A stretch of 64,000 nucleotides of DNA from Utricularia gibba. Taxonomy: Eukaryota > Plantae > Magnoliophyta. Every line of letters starts with the position of its first letter. Position 1 is the stretch's first letter. Position numbers and translations under genes: made by a program. Positions 25,101 to 37,191 of this stretch are shown here, in pieces. The notes under the pieces are model-generated. The model worked only from the letters and a program-made list of their open reading frames with translations. It ran no database searches and was not told the DNA's origin. The stretch spans positions 248,001 to 312,000 of the forward strand of contig NEEC01000024.1 in assembly GCA_002189035.1 (NCBI GenBank). The letters are read 5' to 3'.

Positions 25101-26925
25101 ATCGAGAACAGCAATCAAGGCCCAACCTCTTGCCGATTTTGTGGTCAAAATGACCAGACCTATAGACCGTTTTGAGGAAGCCAATGACCGATGGGCCATG
25201 CACGTTGATGGCTCGACATACAACGGCGCTAGAGGAGCAATAGATAGCCAAACCCAGGACGGGGAACACATTTATATCACGGTGAAATTCTTATTCCCAG
25301 CCTCCAACAATGTGGCCGAATATGAAGCCTTGATTGAAGGAATGAAAATTGGCAAGGAACTAGGAGTTGCGGAGCTCGACGTCTACACCGATTCACGACT
25401 TGTGCAAGGACAGTTTTCGGGTGAATACGAAACCCATGACTCTCTCATGGCTCTGTACCATATTCAGGTAAAGGAGCTGGCAAAGACCTTCAAAGAATTC
25501 ACCCTGTCGCACGTGGCGCGTGAGGAGAACGGATCCGCAGATAGCCTCGCTCGATTTTATGCAGGGTTTCATGAGCTGAGGGAAGGAAGTGTGATGATTC
25601 GGTTGCGGGATCAAGCTTCAGTGACCTTGCGAGCCGTGAATTATATTACCCAGCAACCAGGAAATGATATGTCTCCACAGCTGAGTCATCTCGATGATTG
25701 GACATTGCCCTACGTCCGGTATCTACGAAATGGAGAAACACCATCTGAAAAATCCAAAGCCCGACAGTTAGAGATTAGAGCAAAGAGATATACAATGGTA
25801 AATGGAATTCTCTATCGCAGATCCTTAGATGGACCCCTCTTGAGGTGTATCGGGGCAAAGCATTCTCAAGAACTTATAACCGATCTGCATGAAGGGGAAT
25901 GTGGTAGCCACGTCGGGATACGATCCTTATGCAGGAAAGCCTTGAGAACTGGGTATTATTGGCCAGCTATGGAGCGGGATATTACCGAAATGGTGAAGAA
26001 ATGCAAAGTATGCCAATACCATGCGAGTGCACCAAGAAAGCCGGTGAATAACTTGACCTCTCTTCCATTCTCATGCCCGTTCGATCGATGGGGAGTGGAT
26101 ATTATGGGGCCGTTCCCCCAAACCTCGGGCCAAAGGAAATTTGCCATCATGGGAGTCGAGTATTTCTCCAAATGGGTGGAGGCTGAAGCCGTTGCAAAAA
26201 TATCAGAGGAGACCGTTATTCGATTTTTGTGGAGAAATATCTTCATCCGGTTCAAGATCCCTCAAGAACTAGTGACCGATAATGGAACCCAATTCGTTGA
26301 AGGAAGAATGGAGGCATTCCTGGATAAATATATGGTCAAGCACAACTTCACCTCGGTGTATCACCCGTAGAGCAATGGTCTCACAGAGGTAACGAATCGA
26401 ACACTCAGGCTAGGAATGAAGACTAAGCTTGAAGATTTTGGAGGTTCATGGGCAGATCGCTTGGATGAAGTGCTGTGGTCATATTGCACCACCCCTCGGA
26501 GCACCACGAAAGAATCCCCGTTCTTATTGGTTTACGGCTCAGAAGCCGTATGCCCTATCGAACAAACCCTGAAAAGCTTCCGGGTGGAACATTATAATGA
26601 AGAAGAAAATGCTGACCTGCGAAAACTTGAGTTGGAGCTATTGGAAGAAAAACGGCAAAGTGTCTATAGCCGACTAGGGGCTCATCAGAGAAGAACGGAG
26701 AAGAGATATAACAAGTCGGTATCCCCAAGGGAATTCTCTGATGGAGATTTGGTGCTTCGAAGCATTCACCCACATAGACATGTTGGAAAATTAGATCGCA
26801 AGTGGGAAGGCCCTTATCGAATTTCAAGGGTAATCGGAAAAGGAGCATATCGTCTGGAACAATTAGACGGTGTGGAATTCCCAAGGTCGTGGAATGCATC
26901 ACACCTAAGGAAATTCTACACCTAA
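22130..26925 (+). pseudogene. Tat1 gag-pol (gag, protease, RT, RNase H, archaeal-type RNase H, integrase), disrupted
   Basis: Gag YDGKGDP/KLFACSLQKGA; PR RILIDQGSSCN; RT WRMCIDFTDLN, YMDDMIV; aRH WAMHVDGS...NNVAEYEALIEG...TDSRLV; INT H..ECGSH..C..CQ, WGVDIMGP, VTDNGTQF, KWEGPY. Frameshift in an A-run near 23117; stops at 23456, 24512, 24598 and 26368. Confidence 0.93.
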
Positions 26926-27570
26926 CTAGCTCAATGTCTCTCCGTCACAGGATTGCGCAGAATTCGGTATTCTCTTCTTCAAAACACCAAGGCGCCTATA
27001 AATTTCTCCAAAGTGGAGATGGGTAAACGAAACCATTAGCCCTAGCCGAGTCGTGTAAGCCCAGGTACACCCTCAAAGATCTAAATCACAAGCTCTGGCC
27101 AAGTAACGTAAGCCCATGCGAATCTCCAAAATCGGCATCCCTTGCGGGATATAGCAAATCAACTCGGGGTCTCCCCCGATATATATATGTGATCCCCCAA
27201 ACCCTGGCATCAGTAACAAGAAGAAGCCTTGGTACAATTTAGGCACCGGTTTATGTAAACCGCACGCTTAAGCCCCGAAAAGCCCTTAAGTATTGACCTT
27301 ATTGTTGAAATCTCAAGGCGGCAAGAGCACCTGAAGTGAATCCACCCATGTTCAAAACAATGGGGTGTGGCCAGAAGAGGGCCCTTTCAGATTGGGGAAG
27401 TCGCTCAACCCATGAGGAGTTCTGACCTACTTCCCTAGCAGCGGTTCAGCTCGCATGAGGAAATACTAAGGCAAACTAAAATCAAAAAAGCCCAACCAAA
27501 GGGTTGGCGAAGAGACACCCACCCCCGGGTCACAAAAGCATAGGCGAATCTTCCAAGTCTAAGCACATAA

Positions 27571-29022
27571 TGTTAGTGTATGTGTTCTAAAGACAATCAA
27601 CTCATTGGCAAATCTCATCTTTTGATATTTACTTTGAATTGTGATCAAATTTATATCATTGATAAAATCCTCTACTTGATCTATGTGCTATAGAAATTAT
27701 GATGAGATCATAATGTGAGATTCTTCAAGCACTCATGATCAAGTTAAATCTCCCTGGCTAGAGTATTTGTGAAATGAGGATATCACAAATACGGATAAGC
27801 TGGCACACATTGAATTCCCTAAACAGTTTAGGCAATAGTTCTCACAATTGACGTAATGAGATTACTAGAACCTATGTGTGGGTGTCGATTTGAGAATCGA
27901 TTCACTGGGTGACTCATCTTCGAGATGCTACTATGGAAAGCTAACCAAGTGTCAATAGCAAGATCTCGAATATGACAGCCGTGCAAGTAAGCTTAGACTT
28001 GAGGTCAACAAAGTTATCTTGATCTTAAGCTCACATTTTCGCTCATTACTAATGGGAGCCTAACCATGGCTTGCCTAGTATGGATGAGTAGGGATGTGAA
28101 TCCTTAAGGTTGGAGATAGTTGATTGATCAATAATGGATTCATCACTCATGTTAGCAATGAGATCATATCTCAAGTAATTGCATCAAAACCTAACAGTAA
28201 GTCCTGGGCCCAGGGTAATGACACTCGAATTGTTTAAGTAGGTCATTAAGTGTTAGTGCTTGAATGTAATTATAAGTTCGAAACATCAGAAAGACACACA
28301 TCCATGTTCTTGTACCGAATGAGATATAAGTACGATGAAAGCTGTTCATTGCATGGTGGCTGGTCATGGAAAGGCTCAATCAATTCACCTAATTATTCTT
28401 TAATCTTGGGGATCATGATATTTTGCTAGACATCACTCATGATCGATAATGATGGATTTGATTAATTAAGAGTTAATTAATAAATCCATTATTACGGCCT
28501 TGATTGAGGAAGCCTATAGGGTCACACACAATAGTGGAGTCACTCATCGATATAAAATAGAATGACACAATTACATGAGATGCAATTGGTGAGGTGGATA
28601 AATTAAATAGAGAGTTATTTTGAAATTAATATTGATTAAACTCAAAATAAAAGATCTCATATAGATATGATTTGATATGTCACAAAATATCTATCAAAAA
28701 AAAGATTTAGATCTTGAGATCTGCTCCAAGGTCTTCGTGCTCTGAGACTAATCCACAGGGAGGCGTTTTTCTCTTCTAGAACCTGAGATATTCGAACAAC
28801 ATTCAAAAGCCTTGAGAAGGTTATCGACGGAATGCTCCACGTGTGGATACCATAGAGTCCGTCTGCTATTGGCAGTTGGTGAACAACGGAGTCCTCAGAA
28901 ATGTATTTTCAGTATCCCTTTGTCTGATGTATACCGTATTCCAAGATCTGCGTTGGGGGTTTCTCAAATTTTTTTAAATTCCGCTCCTTTTGAGACATAC
29001 GATGTCTACGAGAAACCCAACA
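27571..29022 (+). mobile_element. Angela-type Ty1/copia solo LTR in the Tat1 3' region
   Basis: TGTTAG...CCCAACA with perfect TSD CATAA/CATAA. Same family as the LTR preceding the PBS at 34969. Confidence 0.92.
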
Positions 29023-29632
29023 CATAATAGACACAACAAACCAACTCGGGGCTTCCCCCGAATGTGACATCACCAAAGGCAAAGGTGATGCGCAAAAAAT
29101 GGAGTAAATTAGAAGGAAATCCCCAACCGGGAGACCAAAAATATCCAAAAAGCCCCACAGCAGGGGGAAAAACATCAAGTCAAAAAATTACTAAAGTGCA
29201 GGAGGAGATGGGGGATTAACGGGAGGATTGGCAGAGGAACCGGTATGTCGTTCCATCCTCGCTCTCAGCTTGGCGTCATTCTCTCGCCCTATCCTCGCCC
29301 GAATCAGTGCCATCAGCCGCTCCCGATCAGCTTCAAACTCGAATTCTGGGGCCTGGAACGTATCCGCGATAACGTCTAGAATGTTCTCATCCTTCGTCAG
29401 GGGATTTATCCTATCGAAGCGCGGATCCATGATTGAAAGCCCGAACTCCCGGCTGAACTGTCGCCTCTGGCGGTATAGAAGAAGGCCGATTAAGTCTGCG
29501 ACATAAATATCCGATAGTTCGGAAAAGCAGCCCGAGTTCACGAAATCTTCCAAAAGCCTTCCACGAGATGCCTCCATGTTGAGCAGCTCCGCCTCCAGGG
29601 CCGAAACGCGATCCTTGGATTGTTTCAACTCT

Positions 29633-29950
29633 TCTTACGTGTATATGCGCAGCATAATGATGGTTTATATGTGAAAGTCGTGGGGCATGATGGCTTTTGC
29701 ACGATTTTTGATTATGATGATCATATTGGTGAGTTATTGATGCATATGATGTTTGATAATTTATTTGTGACCAAGGCATCTAGGGTCAATTAGGATTTTC
29801 GAGCTTTATGTATGAAAATCCAAGGAAATGATGCGTTATGAACGAAAGGGTAAGGGTTGCCAGGATTCCTATCTAATAGGATATCGATATCCATAGTGCA
29901 AGTGTTGCTTATGGAAAAATCCCTTATGAAATAATTAAGCTTATTCCTTC
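29633..29950 (+). mobile_element. LTR-less fragment of Angela 5' leader sequence embedded in the Tat1 antisense ORF
   Basis: 29633-29757 is nearly identical to 35277-35398 (GTGTATATGCGCAGCAT.ATGATGGTTTATATGTGAAAGTCGTGGGGCATGATGGC). The right boundary is approximate. Confidence 0.75.
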
Positions 29951-31021
29951 CACTGAAATAAGGAGAACGAGAGTCATTTTTAGTGCAGGATCCTCCGTTA
30001 TCTGAATTGGAGGGGTGGAAATTCCCCCTATGTCACTCGGAGGGACCGAGGTTGAAGCTCCGGCTAAAATCCGCCCAATGCTGGGAGCCATGTCATTATC
30101 GGATATCGGTGAAGGCGGGAGCCTTTCTTTTCCTTTTCCTGATGGAGGAGGAGTTGATTCTCGAGTTCCGGAAACCTCAACCACTTGACCCTCCAGGAGG
30201 TGACCGGCAGCATCTGAGTGAGCTGAGGGTGAATCGGCCTGGGGGGGGGGGGAAGTTAAAAGGTTAGAGTCAAATACTCTTAGCAACGGGCCACCAGAAA
30301 TCAGACAAACCTGCGCAGAAGGAGCTGCATCCGACTCCTGCATTCGGCGCATCTCAGCCGAGAAACGTGCCATCACTGAATCCTCCAGGGTGTTCCTTCG
30401 TGCCATCTCTTCCGCTGCATACAAAAATCGGAAAGGCGGTAAAGCATGACATGAATATTGCAGCACCGAAAAGGAAACCCTAGCTACCTCCACGCGACTT
30501 AGAAGGCTTTTGGGTGCGAACATTAACCCTTTTTCTTTTCTTATGAGTTGAGGGCCGAACGGAAGATTCGGGAACCGAATCAGACGGAGTAGGGGCTATT
30601 GGATTGGAAGCAGGAGGCGCTACCGACTCAGGAGGGAAATGGGGTGGAGATTGTAGGAGGTGACTGTATTCTAGTGCAGAACCCAGAGGAATAATGAAGT
30701 CAGGCCACTGCTCATCCCGATTACGACCAAGGATTCCACAGCCCAGTAAGGAATCACGCGAGAGCATTGAGGCCCGAGACTCGAACCTAACAGAACAGTC
30801 ACCCAGTCTACGATATACCTCCCTACGATACCCATCAGAGGGGCGAAAACGACCAAAGAGTTTTACTTTGAACGGGGATGGAGGTTTAACCGGAAAGTTC
30901 CATCTAGCCCCCAACGGAGGAGCGACCCAGATAAAAGAAGACCACCAGTCATGGAGGATATCGGGAGCTTTCAAAATGAAATCGGGGTGGTCTTCAAACC
31001 GGCGAAATTGGAAGTGAGAGA

Positions 31022-32233
31022 TGTTAGTGCATGTGTTCTAGAGACAATCAACTCATTGGCAAATCTTATCTTTTGATATTTACTTTGAATTGTGATCAAA
31101 TTTATATCATTGATAAAATCCTCTACTTGATCCATGTGAGATCATAATGTGAGATTCTTCAAGCACTCATGATCAAGTTAAATCTCCCTGGCTAGAGTAT
31201 TTGTGAAATGAGGATATCACAAATACGGATAAGCCGGCACACATTGAATTCCCTAAATAGTTTAGGCAATGGTTCTCACAATTGATGTAATGAGATTACT
31301 AGAACCTATGTGTGGGTGTCGATTAGAGAATTGATTCACTGGATGACTCATCTTCGAGATGCTACTATGGGAAGCTAACCAAGTGTCAGTAGCAAGATCT
31401 CGAATATGACAGCCGTGCAAGTAAGCGTAGACTTGAGGTCAACAAAAATATCTTGATCTTAAGCTGAAATTTTCACTCATTACTAATGGGAGCCTAACCA
31501 TGGCTTGCCTAGTATGGATGAATAGGGATGTGACTCCTTAAACATGATGAAAGTTGTTCATTGCATGGTGGCTAGTGATGGAAAGGCTCAATCAGTTTAC
31601 CTGATTATTCTTTAATCTTGGGGATCATGATATGTTGCTAGACATCACTCATGATCGATAATGATAGATTTGATTAATTAAGAGTTAATTAATAAATCCA
31701 TTAATACGGTCTTGAGTGAGGAAGCCTATAGGGTCACACACAATAGTGGAGTCACTCATCGATATAAAATAGAATGACACAATTACATGAGATGTAATTG
31801 GTAAAGTGGATAAATTAAATAGAGAATTAATTTGAGATTAATATTGATTAAACTCAAAATATAAGATCTCATATAGATATGATTTGATATGTCACAAAAT
31901 ATCTATAAAAAAGATTTAGATCTTGAGATCTCCTTGAAGGTCTTCGTGCTCTCTGAGACTGATCCACAAGGAGGCGTTTTTGTCTACTAGCACCTGAGAA
32001 ATTCGACCAGCATTCAAGAGCCTTGAGAAGGTTATTGACGAAGTGCTCCACGTGTGGATACCATAGAGGCCGTCTGCTATTGGCGGTTGTTGAACAACGC
32101 AGTCATCTGAAAGGTACTTTGAACATCCATATGTCTGATGTATACCGTATTCCAAGATCTGCGTTGGGGTTTTCTCAAAATTTTTAAAATTCCGCTGCTT
32201 TTGAGACATATGATGTCTACGAGAAACCCAACT
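31022..32233 (+). mobile_element. Second Angela-type solo LTR (about 240-bp internal deletion relative to 27571-29022)
   Basis: TGTTAG...CCCAACT (terminal CA mutated); TSD AGAGA/GGAGA. The flanks rejoin to match Tat2 near 49135. Confidence 0.88.
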
Positions 32234-33324
32234 GGAGAAACCATGCATCGGAGGCTTCGCCTTACGAACATCAATTTTGAAGAGTTGAAAAATTTCGACC
32301 AACGTCATGTTCGGATCCATGCCGCCGAATAGAAGAGGAATGTGGTGAAGCAGAAGATCGAATTAGGAGCAAGGCAATAAAGCGGAACTGAAAACATGTT
32401 GAGGAAGTGAACGAGTAAGGGATGGAGAGGAAGTTGGAGATCACTTTCTAGGTAAGCGAAAGGGATTGGAAGGCTGAAGCGGGGAAGAGGCCTTTCCCCG
32501 GAACTCCAAGGGATTTGGCTATCCCTTGCCTGAGAAATAACATATTCCTCAGGAATCGAGTATCGGGACCGAATAGCAGGAATATTTAATTCACTAGATT
32601 TCCTACCCATATCTCCTTTAGGAATCGAAAAAAGGAAGGAATCTCAAAGGGCGTAGAGGAATAGAGCAAAAACCCTAAGAAAGAGTGGGAACGGAATGAA
32701 GGGAGATTCGAAGACCTAGTGGAGGATGAAGCAGACTCAGAAATGCAAAAAATTCGTGGAGGGGGCATGGATACCTGAAAAATCTGTAATCTCCGGCGGA
32801 TAACATGGCAGCGAGCACGGTGGAGTTCAGAGAACACTGGAACCTCACAGGCGAAAAAATGAAGTAAAGGAGAGAAATGACAGGGGGCGCGTATATTTAT
32901 AATAAAGACATTCGGGAGACGAAGCGACATGACGTTTGAGGTGCCCAAAAACGAGCGGGAAAAAACGTGGCGTGGCAGAGATATCGGTACAGAGCGGTTT
33001 GTGGCTCATGCGTGGAAGACGGTACCTCCGAAGTCGGTATTGTAGTGATTCTGATTCCCCGACTTACCCCGGAAGGGCCAATATTGGTAAATCAGAGGGG
33101 CTGAATGATAGGGGATTATTCGGTCAAGGGTAACCGGTTCCTAAAAGGCTGCTTAAAGAGAATCTGAGGGGATAATGCCAATCGACAGATTGATATCTGT
33201 CAGAAATCTAACAGATATGGACATATGAAACAGTCTGAAAAGCGGCTGAATTATGGCATAACAGGCGGCCGATATCTGAAAAGCGAGATCGTATAGCAGG
33301 AACATAAAGCAACCGATATTTAGT

Positions 33325-34340
33325 ATGACTAAGTGTTTTTCCTCTCCAGCCCCCAGACATCGAAAATTTCCACTTCTAGAATATACGTCATGGGTCCTTC
33401 ATCTCTCTTGGAATAGAATCCACATGTTGACATGGTTCGCATGCTTGGACAAATGCTCTCACGTCATGGTTCATGGTGGGCCAATAAATTCCAGATTGAA
33501 GAATTTTGAAGAGTGTTTTTGATGCTACTGCATATCCTTCATATGGTGATGAATGACAGTGCCAAATAACATCCCTTACCTCCTCTGATGGTAAGCATCT
33601 TCTGATAATTCCATCAGCACATTGTTTAAAAACATAGGTTCTTTCTAGAAATAATGCTACGCTTGCACAAGGAAGCGCTTCTACTGATTGAAGTTCAGAT
33701 TTTGAGGCAAGACTCCTCCAACAAGCTAATTGGAAAAATCAGCATACCATGACGGATTTCCATCTTGAATAGCAAGGATACGTTTTGTGGGGAAAGAATC
33801 ATCCATGGGTAACTCCCCAGCACTTGTTTTAAGCAGTAGGCATGAAAATGATTAGCTACTCCATTTTCCTTACCCTTCTTGTCACGAATTTCCAGAGCAA
33901 ATTATTGAAGAAGTAGTGTCCATCTTATCATCCTGGGCTTTGATTTCTGCTTGCTCAAGAGATATTTCAAGGCAGGGTGATCCGTATGAACAATCACTTT
34001 TGCACCTAGTAAGTAGGACCTGAATTTTTCATTGGCAAAAACAATTGCCAATAACTCCTTTTCTATGGTTGTGTAGATCCTTTGAGCTACATTTTGAGTT
34101 TTGCTGACATAATAAATCACATGAATTACCTTGTCTCTTTTCTATCCAAGAATAGTCCCCTACAGCACAATCACTTGTATCGCACATCAGCTCAAATGGC
34201 AAGGTCCAATCTGGTGGTTGAAGAATGGGTGCAGCAATAACAAGAGCTTGCTTCAGCGTGTTGAATGCATGCACACATTCTGCATCAAAGCAAAATTCCA
34301 CGTCTTGTGCAAGTAGCGCTGTTAGTCATCGAGAAATGTG
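33325..34340 (-). mobile_element. Athila pol fragment (end of RT, RNase H, start of integrase)
   Basis: ILQPPDWTLPFELMCDTSDCAVG; [52 protein letters not shown]; frameshifts and stops. Confidence 0.85.
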
Positions 34341-34968
34341 AGAAAAATCTTGGGGATCATGATATTTTGCTAGACATCACTCATGATCGATAATGATGGA
34401 TTTGATTAATTAAGAGTTAATTAATAAATCCATTATTACGGCCTTGATTGAGGAAGCCTATAGGGTCACACACAATAGTGGAGTCACTCATCGATATAAA
34501 ATAGAATGACACAATTACATGAGATGTAATTGGTAAAGTGGATAAATTAAATAGAGAGTTATTTTGAGATTAATATTGATTAAACTCAAAATAAAAGATC
34601 TCATATAGATATGATTTGATATGTCAAAAATATCTATCGAAAAAGATTTAGATCTTGAGATCTGCTCCAAAAGGTTTTCGTGCTCTCTGAGACTAATTGA
34701 CAAGGAGGTGTTTTTGTCTACTAGCACCTGAGAAATTCGACCAGCATTCAAGAGCCTTGAGAAGGTTATCGACGGAGTGCTCCACGTGTGGATACCATAG
34801 AGGCTGTCTGGTATTGGCGGTTGGTGAACAATGGAGTCTTCTGAAAGGTATTTTCAGCATCCCTTTTTCTGAAGTAAACCGTATTCGAAGATCTATGTTT
34901 GGGTTTTCTTAAAATTTTTAAAATTCCACTGCTTTTGTGACATACAATGTCTACGAGAAACCAAACAG

Positions 34969-34980
34969 TGGTATCAGAGC
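34969..34980 (+). promoter_or_regulatory. Primer binding site (tRNA-iMet) of the Angela-type element
   Basis: TGGTATCAGAGC 1 nt after the LTR-terminal CA. Confidence 0.92.
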
Positions 34981-35004
34981 GAGGTTACAGAATACGTGTA
35001 TACG

Positions 35005-35190
35005 TTAGAATCTTTGCTGATTTTACGAGATTTTCTCGTATGTTGCCTTGCCGGTGACATGTTAGAATCTTTTCTGATTTCGCGAGATGTTGTCGTATGA
35101 TGCCTTGCCGGCGATCATCGTAATAGTATGTGATTTTGCGAGATGTTCTCGTATGTTGCCTTGCCGGCGATCATCGTAATAGCATGTGAT
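35005..35190 (+). repeat. Three imperfect tandem copies (about 55 bp) in the Angela 5' leader
   Basis: GAGAT.TT.TCGTATG.TGCCTTGCCGG.GA repeated at about 35027, 35083 and 35139. Confidence 0.85.
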
Positions 35191-35429
35191 GCACGAAATC
35201 GGATTATGTTGGATTGTTTTGCTGCCTTGATGATGCACGAAATTTGATTGATGATTGATGTTTTCGAGAATCATATCTTGCGTGTATATGCGCAGCATGA
35301 TGATGGTTTATATGTGAAAGTCGTGGGGCATGATGGCCTTTGCACGAATTTTGATGATGATGATCTAATTGGTGAATTATCGATGCATATGATGTTCGGC
35401 GTGTTTGCTTTCTCTTCTTCAACTTGAAG

Positions 35430-37191
35430 ATATGTCTTCCAGCGTGAATTTGACTCGAATTTTACTGATTGGCACCGCAATTTGAGAATTTTTTCAAGGC
35501 GGAGAAGATTGCTTACATCCTTGAGCAAGATATTCCTGCACAACCCAGGGCTAATGCAGTTGAAGATGTTCGGCGTGCATATGAGAAGTATCTAGATGAT
35601 GCTGAGTTTGTCTCTTGTATCATGGTTGCTTCGATGGCCCCTGATCTCCAAAAACAGCATGAGGCGATGACTTGCCAACAGATGATAACACACCTCAAGG
35701 ATCTGTTTGGTGAGCACTCACGACTTGAAAGGTTCAAGACATCAAAGCTATTGTTCAATTGTCGCTTGGCAGAAGAAAGTTCTGTTGTTGATCATGCGAC
35801 ATTGATGTTGAGTTACATTAAGAAGTTGTCCACTCTTGGTTTTGTGTTGGATAAGGACTTGAGTATAGACTTGATCCTTACCTCACTACCTGATAGCTAT
35901 TCATAGTTTGTGATGAACTATCAGATGAACAAGATGGATCAAATTGTTCCTGAATTGATTCAGTTACTCAAGTCTATTGAGAGAACTATCACAAAGGAAC
36001 AAAAGAATGTCATGCTTGTCTCTTCAAGGAAAACGGTTTCCAAGAAGAAGAATCAAGAAAAGAAACTCAAATCTAAAAGGGAGATCAAGAAGAAGAAGCC
36101 AGTTGAAATACTGGGTAAGGGTGAATGTTTTCACTATGGGAAATCTGGTCATTGGAATAGAAACTGCAAAGCTTGCCTAGAGTCAATCAAGGGCAAGAAG
36201 CAGAATGAAAATTCAGCTTCAGGTATACACATGATTGATATTAACACTAGTATCAAGAATGCTTCTTGGTTGTGGTACTCACATTTGCACTAACATGCAG
36301 GACCTAATGAGTAGTAGAATCTTGAAGAAAGGCGATGTTGACCTAAGAGTTGGGAATGGTGCACGAGTTGCTGCCATGGCAGTTGGGACTTGCCACATCA
36401 CCCTACCTTTTGGATTATCTCTTGAATTAGATTTCGTTTATTGTGTTCCCTCATTGTCTAAGAATATCGTCTCTATTTCTTGTTTGGGCAAGATTGGTTT
36501 CAAGTTTTCTATAAAGAAAAATTGTTGTTCCATACGACTTGGGAATGTGCATTATGGGTTTACCACAATAGTTAACGGAATATATGTTTTGGATCAGCAT
36601 GATTCAGAACAGATTATCATGTGCATAAAAATGTCACGGATTGACAATGTCTTGAATTCTTACCTCTAGCATTGTCGTTTAGGTCATATAAACAAGAAGC
36701 GTGTTGAGTACTTATATTGATTGAGATATTTGGACTTAGAAGATTTTGAATCTTATGAATGCTAGAGGGGGTTTCTCATATTTCATCACTTTTACAGATG
36801 ACTATTCAAGATATGGATGCATCTACTTGATGAAACGAAAATCTAAAGCCTTTGAAAAGTTCAAAGAGTTTCGGATGGAGGTCGAGAACCAGCTTGAGCG
36901 TTCCATCAAGAAACTTCGATCAGATCATGGTGGGGAATACTTGAGTAATGAATTCAAGAATCATCTAAATGGCAATGGTATTGTCTCAGAAAGAACTCCT
37001 CCTGATACACCTGAGCACAATGGTGTTTTTGAGAGGAGAAATCGAACTTTGCTTCACATGGTTCATGAGTTTTGTAGAACTACCAAGGTCCATGTGGGGA
37101 TATGCTTTACAGGCAGCGGCTCATGTTTTGAACAAGGCCCTATTGAAATCGGTTGAAACCGATCCTTAGGAGATTTGGACTGGTAGAAAAC
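35430..37191 (+). pseudogene. Angela gag-PR-integrase, disrupted
   Basis: ORF pieces 35469-35906, 35910-36293, 36235-36669 and 36746-37156 carry copia gag, zinc knuckle, protease and integrase motifs, with stops and frameshifts. Confidence 0.88.

Larger units (their letters stand above)
29191..32610 (-). pseudogene. Tat1 antisense extra ORF (TRP28/Transposase_28-like N-terminus, low-complexity middle, coiled-coil C-terminus), split by a solo LTR and a filler
   Basis: The segments MGRKSSELN...ESDLQLPLHP...PLYCLAPNSIF (32610-32305), WWSSFIWVAPPLGARWNFP (30974-30480) and DRVSALEAELLNMEASRGRLLEDF (29628-29191) are co-linear with the Tat2 antisense ORF. Confidence 0.8.
21110..33322 (+). mobile_element. 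Tat/Retand Ty3/gypsy element 'Tat1' (5' LTR 21110-21624; 3' LTR 33106-33322, truncated) with nested insertions
   Basis: TG...CA 5' LTR; PBS TGGCACCCATCATGGGG (tRNA-Lys-like) at 21629; gag-PR-RT-RH-aRH-INT order; PPT AGAGGGG at 33094-33100; the 3' LTR differs from the 5' LTR by about 9% (by-eye count over about 215 bp). Confidence 0.92.

Noticed and set aside
22313-26902. Minus-strand ORFs over Tat1 gag-pol
   Set aside because: They are shadow ORFs of the sense polyprotein, unlike the true antisense ORF in the 3' region.
28812-29027. Recurrent ORFs 'MRRLSTECSTCGYH..' (also near 32138, 34697, 50247, 54071)
   Set aside because: They are the same Angela LTR segment translated in several copies; the frames differ between copies, so they are not genes.
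34990-35190. CRISPR-like spacing of repeats
   Set aside because: These are tandem units without unique spacers inside a plant copia leader; there are no cas genes.
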